Source: Candidatus Bipolaricaulia bacterium (lineage in GTDB: Bacteria; Bipolaricaulota; Bipolaricaulia; RBG-16-55-9). Taken from it: 10,548 nucleotides of DNA. The notes below the pieces were generated by a model, which did no database searches, was not told the origin of the DNA, and worked only from the letters and a program-made list of their open reading frames with translations. The DNA is taken from assembly GCA_042219045.1 (NCBI GenBank), contig JBDGQO010000019.1:37713-48260 (forward strand), in the 5' to 3' direction. The position numbers and the translations under genes were made by a program. This document shows, piece after piece, positions 5,367-10,548 of the stretch (position 1 is the stretch's first letter; the number at the start of each line of letters is the position of its first letter).

Positions 5367-6062
5367 ATGAAAACCCTCGGACTGCTCGGTGGGATGAGCC
5401 CAGAATCCACCATCCCCTACTATCGGACGATCAACCGCACCGTGAACCAACGACTGGGCGGGCACCATTCGGCCCCCCTTGTGATCTACAACGTCGACTT
5501 CGACCCCATCGTCCGGGCGCTGGACGACGGCCGTTGGGACGAGATTATCGCTATCCTGGAATCCGACTCGCAGGCGTTAGAAGCCGCGGGCGCCGAGGGA
5601 CTCGTCATCTGCACGAACACCATCCACGCCATCGCCCCCGATCTGGCCGCGCGCATCAACATCCCCTTGCTGCACATCGTCGACCCCACGGCACACGCCG
5701 TAACCGAAGCGGGCCTGGACACCGTGGGCCTGCTCGGCACGCGCTTCACCATGGAGGAGGCCTTCTTCCGCGAACGGCTGCAGGCGCAACACGGGATCGA
5801 GGCGATAATTCCGGACGATGCCGATCGCGATCGGATCCATCGCGTGATCTACGACGAGCTCTGCCTAGGCGCCATCCGCGAGGAATCCCGCCAGGCCTAC
5901 CAGCGAATCATCGCCGACCTCGCCGCACAGGGCGCCCAAGGGATTATCCTCGGGTGCACGGAGATCTCACTGCTCGTCGGCCCGGACGACGCGTCCGTGC
6001 CGTTGTTCGACACCACTGAGCTCCACGCGCGATACGCGGCGAACTGGGCGCTGACCGATTAA
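5367..6062 (+). CDS. PLP-independent aspartate/glutamate racemase (YgeA/RacX family)
   Basis: MKTLGLLGGMSPEST, ICTNT, GLLGTRFTME and ILGCTEI motifs. The start is ATG 5367 with AGGAG at 5351-5355; the ORF-track extension to 5256 is unlikely to be translated. Confidence 0.93.
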   Translation: MKTLGLLGGMSPESTIPYYRTINRTVNQRLGGHHSAPLVIYNVDFDPIVRALDDGRWDEIIAILESDSQALEAAGAEGLVICTNTIHAIAPDLAARINIPLLHIVDPTAHAVTEAGLDTVGLLGTRFTMEEAFFRERLQAQHGIEAIIPDDADRDRIHRVIYDELCLGAIREESRQAYQRIIADLAAQGAQGIILGCTEISLLVGPDDASVPLFDTTELHARYAANWALTD

Positions 6063-6101
6063 ACGTCAGCTCCTCCCCCAAGGGACGGACCCCGTTGATC
6101 G

Positions 6102-6965
6102 ATGCTCTGGCTTGTGCTCGCGTTCGGCTCGGCCCTTTTTGAATCGCTCAAGGACCTGTTCAGCAAGAAGGGTCTGCAACAGATCGATCCCTACATCGTC
6201 GCCTGGGCGATGCCGCTTTATGCACTGCCCTTCCTCATGGCGACGCTGTTCTTCATTGACATTCCGGCGTTGGAGCCGCGCTTCTGGCCCGCGCTCGTCG
6301 GCAGCGGCCTCCTGAACGTCGGCGCGGCCGTGCTGTTCATGAAGGCGATCCAGCGCTCCGACCTGTCCGTGACCGTCCCGCTGGTGACGTTTACGCCCAT
6401 CTTCCTGCTACTCACCTCGCCCATCCTCGTCGGGGAATTTCCGCGCCCGCTCGGGCTGGCGGGGGTCGTGTTCATCGTGCTCGGCTCCTACGCGCTGCAC
6501 CTGCGCGAGTGGCGCAACGGGATCCTCGCCCCCTTCCGCGCGCTCCTGTCCGAGCGCGGGCCGCAACTGATGCTGGTGGCGTCGGTCCTGTGGAGCGTGA
6601 CGGCCAACCTGGACAAGATCGCGATCCAGGCCTCCTCGCCGCGTTTCTACCCCGTCGCGGTGATCGCCTTTGTGGCGACCGCGCTGGCGCCGCTGGCGAT
6701 CTGGCGCAGCCAGGGCCAGGCCCGCGTCATCGCCACGCGTTGGCGGAATCTCTTGCCCGTGGGCTTCTTCGTGGCGCTGACCTTGAGCGTGCAGATGACG
6801 GCGCTCAGCCTGGCGTTGGTCGCCTACGTCATCGCCATCAAGCGTCTCAGCACGGTGCTGAGCGTCCTCTGGGGGCATCTCGTCTTCGGCGAGCACGGCC
6901 TGGCCGAGCGGGCGCTCGGCGCGGGCGTGATGGTGGTCGGGGTTTTTCTGATTGCGGTGTCGTGA
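6102..6965 (+). CDS. EamA/DMT family transporter
   Basis: 287 aa with about 10 hydrophobic segments in two repeats. Motifs FMKAIQRSDLSVTVPL..FTP...ILVGE and AIKRLSTVLSVLWGHLVFGE. Confidence 0.92.
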   Translation: MLWLVLAFGSALFESLKDLFSKKGLQQIDPYIVAWAMPLYALPFLMATLFFIDIPALEPRFWPALVGSGLLNVGAAVLFMKAIQRSDLSVTVPLVTFTPIFLLLTSPILVGEFPRPLGLAGVVFIVLGSYALHLREWRNGILAPFRALLSERGPQLMLVASVLWSVTANLDKIAIQASSPRFYPVAVIAFVATALAPLAIWRSQGQARVIATRWRNLLPVGFFVALTLSVQMTALSLALVAYVIAIKRLSTVLSVLWGHLVFGEHGLAERALGAGVMVVGVFLIAVS

Positions 6966-6983
6966 CGTTTTCAGTCGCAAACA

Positions 6984-8204
6984 TTACAAGCTCGAGCCAC
7001 GTTCCAACGCCCCATCCAAATCCGCCATCAGATCCTCAGGATCCTCGATACCGACCGACAGCCGGATCAGCCCGTCGTTGATCCCCTTCGCCTCGCGCTC
7101 GGCCTTGGGCGTGATGTAGTTGGTCGTCGAGGCCGGGTGGGTAATGAGCGTCTTGACGTCGCCGAGGCTGACGGCCTGCGTGCAGATCTCGACATTATCA
7201 ATTAGATCGACGCCCGCCTGATAGCCGCCCTTCAGTTCAAAACTGACCATGCCGCCGTAGCCGCCCTTCATCTGGCGGCGAGCAATTTGATGGCCCGGGT
7301 GGTCGGTCAACGCCGGATGGAACACGCGAGCCACCTTCGGGTGATTGTCCAGGTGGAATGCGATCTGCTGCGCGCCTTCGTTATGCCGGGCCAGGCGCAG
7401 CCCGAGCGTGCGGATTCCCCGCAGCGTCAGCCAGGCCGTCATGGGGCTCATCACCCCGCCGAGGTCGCGGTGGAGGCTCCGAATGTTGTCGACGAGATCG
7501 CGCCGTCCCATGATCGCCCCGCCGAGCGTGTCGCCGTGGCCCGAGAGATACTTCGTCGTCGCGTGCAGCGCCAGGTCGATGCCGAGGCTGAGCGGTCGCT
7601 GGTTGTAGGGCGTGGCGAAGGTGTTGTCGATCATCGTCCAGAGGTCGTGCGACTGGGCCAGGTCGGCCACGGCTGCAATGTCGGTAATCTCCAGCGTCGG
7701 GTTGCTCGGCGTCTCGATGTAGACGAGCTTCGTCTCGGATCGAATCGCCTCCGCAACGTTTCCAATATCAGTCGGATCAACAAAGGTCGTTTCGATCCCC
7801 AGTTCCGGCATCTTCCCGTTCAGAAAATGCATCGTGCCGGAGTAGAGCTGGTGCCCGGCCACGATGTGGTCGCCCTGGCTCAGCACGGTCATCAGCGACG
7901 TCGTGATGGCCGCCATGCCGCTGGAGGTCGCAATGGCGGCCTCGGCGTCTTCAAGCGCGGCCAGCTTATCCTCCAGAGCTTCGACCGTCGGGTTGCCCCA
8001 ACGGGAGTAGAGATAGGCCCCGCGCTCGCCCGACTGGATCCCCTCGGTGACGCGGGCGGTCTCGTGGGATGAGCCGGGCGCGAACGTGCTCGTCTGATAG
8101 ATCGGCACGTCGACCGAGCCCGTCGTCGGGTCGACGTGCTCGCCGGCGTGGACGGCGTCGGTGTCGAAGCCCGTCTCGGCGCGCTGATCCGCCCACTCGG
8201 TCAT
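6984..8204 (-). CDS. Trans-sulfuration PLP enzyme (cystathionine gamma-synthase/lyase or methionine gamma-lyase family)
   Basis: TDAVHAG, PIYQTSTF, YSRWGNPT, SSGMAAI, IETPSNP, DNTFATPY.QRPL, PLP-lysine HATTKYLSGHGD, SLGD..TLITHPAS, LIRLSVGIED. Confidence 0.93.
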   Translation of the reverse strand: MTEWADQRAETGFDTDAVHAGEHVDPTTGSVDVPIYQTSTFAPGSSHETARVTEGIQSGERGAYLYSRWGNPTVEALEDKLAALEDAEAAIATSSGMAAITTSLMTVLSQGDHIVAGHQLYSGTMHFLNGKMPELGIETTFVDPTDIGNVAEAIRSETKLVYIETPSNPTLEITDIAAVADLAQSHDLWTMIDNTFATPYNQRPLSLGIDLALHATTKYLSGHGDTLGGAIMGRRDLVDNIRSLHRDLGGVMSPMTAWLTLRGIRTLGLRLARHNEGAQQIAFHLDNHPKVARVFHPALTDHPGHQIARRQMKGGYGGMVSFELKGGYQAGVDLIDNVEICTQAVSLGDVKTLITHPASTTNYITPKAEREAKGINDGLIRLSVGIEDPEDLMADLDGALERGSSL

Positions 8205-9364
8205 GCCAGCACCTTTCGCAGCCGCTGGAGCCCTTCCTCGATCTCCGCCATCGACGCGGCATAGGACAAGCGCACGTGGCCGTCGCGGCCGAACGCCAGC
8301 CCGGTGACCGTCACGAGCCCGGCCTCCTCCAACAGATGCGTTGCAAATGCCGTGGCGTCGGGGACGTCGTCACTGAGGTGTCGGCTGATGTCGGGGAAGA
8401 CGTAGAACGCTCCCTGTGGGGTGTTGCACGACACGCCCGGCAGCTCGTTCAGCCCCTCAACGAGGGCGTCGCGGCGCTGGCGATAAGCGTCAATCATTTC
8501 CGATACATAGGACTGATCGCCCGTGAGCGCCTCCACGGCCGCCTTCTGTGCGATGGAGGTCGGGTTGGAGGTCGACTGGCTCTGGATCGTCTCCATGGCC
8601 TTGATGACCTCCGACGGCCCAGCGGCCCAGCCGATGCGCCAGCCCGTCATGGCATACGTCTTGGAGCAGGACCCGACGATGATGAGGTGGTCGCCCTCGA
8701 ACTCGGCCGCCGACAAGGGCCGTCCCTCGTAGATGAAGCGCTCGTAGGTCTCGTCGGAGATGAGATAGGCATCGTATTGGCGAGCCAACTCGATCATCCT
8801 GCCCAACTCCTCGCGCTCGACGACCGCGCCCGAGGGGTTGTTGGGAAAATTGAGGATGATGAGCTTCGTCCGCTCGCTCAGCTGCGGCTCCAGATCGCGT
8901 GCCGTGAGAACAAAGCCCTGCTCGGCTGGCGGATTGACGGTCACGACGTCCGCGCCGCACAGCACGGCCTGTTGCGGAAACGTCACCCAGTAGGGCGTCG
9001 GCAGCACGACCTCGTCGCCGTCGTCCAACAGCGCAAGCGCCGCGTTGAACAGCGCCCCCTTGCCGCCCACGGTGATCATGACCTCGGTCGGGGGATCGAA
9101 CGACGCGCCCGAGTCGCGCTCGTATTTCGTCGCCACCGCCTCGCGCAGCTCGGGGATGCCGCCGGCGTTGGTGTAGCCCGTAAAGTTGGCGTCGATCGCC
9201 TGCTGGGCGGCTCGTTTGATGGGGTCGGGGGTGGGAAAATCGGGCTCCCCGATGCCGAAGTTGACGAGCCTGGCGCCCTCGGCGCGCAGCTCCGCCGCGC
9301 GGGCCTGCACGGCCATCGTCGCGGAGGGGGCCAGGCGGGAGACGCGTTGGGACAGGGCCGGCAT
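8201..9364 (-). CDS. aspC: Aspartate aminotransferase (class I/II PLP aminotransferase)
   Basis: GEPDFPTP, YT...GIPELREA, PYWVTF, NFPNNPSG, SDETY, SKTYAMTGWRIG, GAFYVF and VRLSYA motifs. AAGGAG SD lies 9 nt before ATG 9364. An ATGA overlap (8201-8204) joins it to the downstream gene. Confidence 0.92.
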   Translation of the reverse strand: MPALSQRVSRLAPSATMAVQARAAELRAEGARLVNFGIGEPDFPTPDPIKRAAQQAIDANFTGYTNAGGIPELREAVATKYERDSGASFDPPTEVMITVGGKGALFNAALALLDDGDEVVLPTPYWVTFPQQAVLCGADVVTVNPPAEQGFVLTARDLEPQLSERTKLIILNFPNNPSGAVVEREELGRMIELARQYDAYLISDETYERFIYEGRPLSAAEFEGDHLIIVGSCSKTYAMTGWRIGWAAGPSEVIKAMETIQSQSTSNPTSIAQKAAVEALTGDQSYVSEMIDAYRQRRDALVEGLNELPGVSCNTPQGAFYVFPDISRHLSDDVPDATAFATHLLEEAGLVTVTGLAFGRDGHVRLSYAASMAEIEEGLQRLRKVLA

Positions 9365-9401
9365 GGGCATCCACTCCTTGGGCGAAGGTTGGGGAGTCGC
9401 C

Positions 9402-9431
9402 ATTTTAGCCGGGCTGCTTACAGACCGTCAA
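9402..9431 (-). promoter_or_regulatory. sigma70 promoter of the aspC / trans-sulfuration operon
   Basis: On the minus strand: TTGACG (9431-9426), 18 bp, TAAAAT (9407-9402), about 38 nt upstream of ATG 9364. Confidence 0.75.
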
Positions 9432-9543
9432 CGCGGCACGACCGCTCGGCTCTGTGACCGAGGTAACCTACGCGCGCGTGGGCGGCGTCCTAGACTGACC
9501 CCGGTTTGCACCCGACAAAGCATGCGTTAGGAGGCAAGCGATC

Positions 9544-10410
9544 ATGCAGGAAAGTCCCAATCTTCCCGTCTCCCTGATTTTGGCGTTGTTGCTTGGCACG
9601 GGGGTCGTCGCGGCGTCCGACTCGCTGGGCGTCACCGTATCCGTCCCCTTCGACGCCGAGGGCGTGGCCACGGAGCAGGCGTCGGTCGTCGGCTCCGCCC
9701 AAGGCAGCTACCAGGACGTCGGCCTGGAGGCACGCGCCGTCATGGGTCTCAGCGGGTTCAATACCGCCACGCTGAGCGCGGATACGGCATTCGATGGCAC
9801 CAACGTCTCCGCCAGCACGAACTTCACCGTGGACGGGTTCGCCTCGGCGAACGTCGAATTGACCCGAACGGTGGAGCAGTTCAACCTGTCCGCGACGACC
9901 GTGATCGGCCCGCAAGGGTTCGGCAGCCTGACGTTTGAAGGGGCAACTCGCACATCCAAAGGCGTGTCGCTGTCGTCCAGCACGACGATCACGCCCGACG
10001 GTTTCTCCCAGGAGGTCTTAACGCTCGGACTCGCCGTGAGCGGCATGTCGGTCTCGCGCACGACCGTCATCACCGACGGCGGCCTCGCGCAAGAGCGCTG
10101 GGACATGAGCGCGAGCGTCGGGAATTATCAACTGACCCGAACCACGGTATATACCTCGGATGGATTCTCGCGCGAGAGCATCAAGGTCGCCACGGCGATG
10201 GCGGGCACGGACCTCAGCTTGACCTCCGTCTTCGGCACGGAGGGCCTGTCCACGGTCACGCTGAAAGCGCGGCGACCCTTCGATCGCGTGAACGTTTCGA
10301 GCGAGTTCGTCCTAGCTCCGAGCGGCTTCCAGGGCGGCTCGATGGTGTTCAACTCGAGCTTTGACGGACTCGGCTTGATCGGGGGCACCGCAGGAGACGG
10401 GTCCAAGTAA
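9544..10410 (+). CDS. Secreted Ser/Thr/Gly-rich protein of tandem ~27-aa beta-hairpin repeats (putative beta-barrel or surface protein)
   Basis: SD AGGAGG (9529-9534). Hydrophobic signal-like N-terminus ending VVAAS. Eight alignable repeats in residues 59-275. Confidence 0.85.
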   Translation: MQESPNLPVSLILALLLGTGVVAASDSLGVTVSVPFDAEGVATEQASVVGSAQGSYQDVGLEARAVMGLSGFNTATLSADTAFDGTNVSASTNFTVDGFASANVELTRTVEQFNLSATTVIGPQGFGSLTFEGATRTSKGVSLSSSTTITPDGFSQEVLTLGLAVSGMSVSRTTVITDGGLAQERWDMSASVGNYQLTRTTVYTSDGFSRESIKVATAMAGTDLSLTSVFGTEGLSTVTLKARRPFDRVNVSSEFVLAPSGFQGGSMVFNSSFDGLGLIGGTAGDGSK

Positions 10411-10411
10411 T

Positions 10412-10442
10412 CCCGTCCAAGCACGAAAGCGAGGAGGGCGGG
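10412..10442. terminator. Possible hairpin between convergent genes
   Basis: CCCGTCC (10412-10418) pairs with GGGCGGG (10436-10442) with one G-U pair, filling the 35-bp gap between two stop codons. No U-tract. Confidence 0.3.
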
Positions 10443-10445
10443 TCG

Positions 10446-10548
10446 CTACCGCCGGCCGAACGCGCGTTCCAACTCGGCCAGCGTGTAGTGGAGCACGATG
10501 GGGCGGCCGTGCGGACAGCGGTACGGGTTGTCCAGGGTCCGCAGCTCG
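10446..10548 (-). CDS. mutL: DNA mismatch repair endonuclease MutL, C-terminal end (5' truncated by the window; absent from the ORF track)
   Basis: The minus strand translates to [39 protein letters not shown] and the terminal FxR are MutL endonuclease-domain motifs. Confidence 0.93.
   Translation of the reverse strand, partial: ELRTLDNPYRCPHGRPIVLHYTLAELERAFGRR

Noticed and set aside
9365..9403. N-terminal extension of aspC to ATG 9403
   Set aside because: That ATG overlaps the -10 box of the predicted promoter, and the SD position supports ATG 9364.
8069..9457. 462-aa + strand ORF and other long ORFs overlapping aspC, the lyase, dsbA, racemase and EamA genes
   Set aside because: They are antisense or frame-shifted shadows of well-supported genes and have no motifs of their own.
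9459..9512. Minus-strand GCAAACC...GGACGC...GGTTACC resembling a c-di-GMP-I riboswitch
   Set aside because: It lacks the GNRA tetraloop, the AAAG junction and the receptor stem, and it lies upstream of the aspC promoter, outside the predicted transcript.
1..10548. CRISPR array, rRNA/tRNA genes, transposase or integrase
   Set aside because: I saw no regularly spaced nucleotide repeats, RNA-gene signatures or recombinase motifs on either strand.

Overview
High-GC, gene-dense prokaryotic window, most likely bacterial: it has near-consensus sigma70 promoters and SD sites. Acidic secreted proteins and archaeal-like modules suggest a halophilic deep-branching lineage such as Bipolaricaulota/Acetothermia, but that is inference only. 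From left to right: the 3' end of an acyl-CoA dehydrogenase (+); a Trm14/TrmN-like THUMP tRNA methyltransferase (-); a small degenerate FHA-like protein (+); an orphan sigma70 promoter inside nested inverted repeats; a coiled-coil Cys/His (DUF6788-like) protein (-) bracketed by a 9-bp direct repeat; a putative CxxC...RPPP leader ORF (DUF2946/CruR/CutF-like) overlapping the start of a membrane-anchored DsbA-family oxidoreductase (+); a secreted Ig/chaperone-like protein with an archaeal-type dockerin-like tail (+); a YgeA-type Asp/Glu racemase and an EamA transporter (+); an aspartate aminotransferase and trans-sulfuration PLP enzyme operon (-); a secreted protein made of about 8-9 tandem 27-aa beta-hairpin repeats (+); and the 3' end of mutL (-). 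The best candidates for new biology are the putative ribosome-arrest leader controlling dsbA, the DUF6788-like gene facing an orphan promoter, and the repeat beta-hairpin protein.
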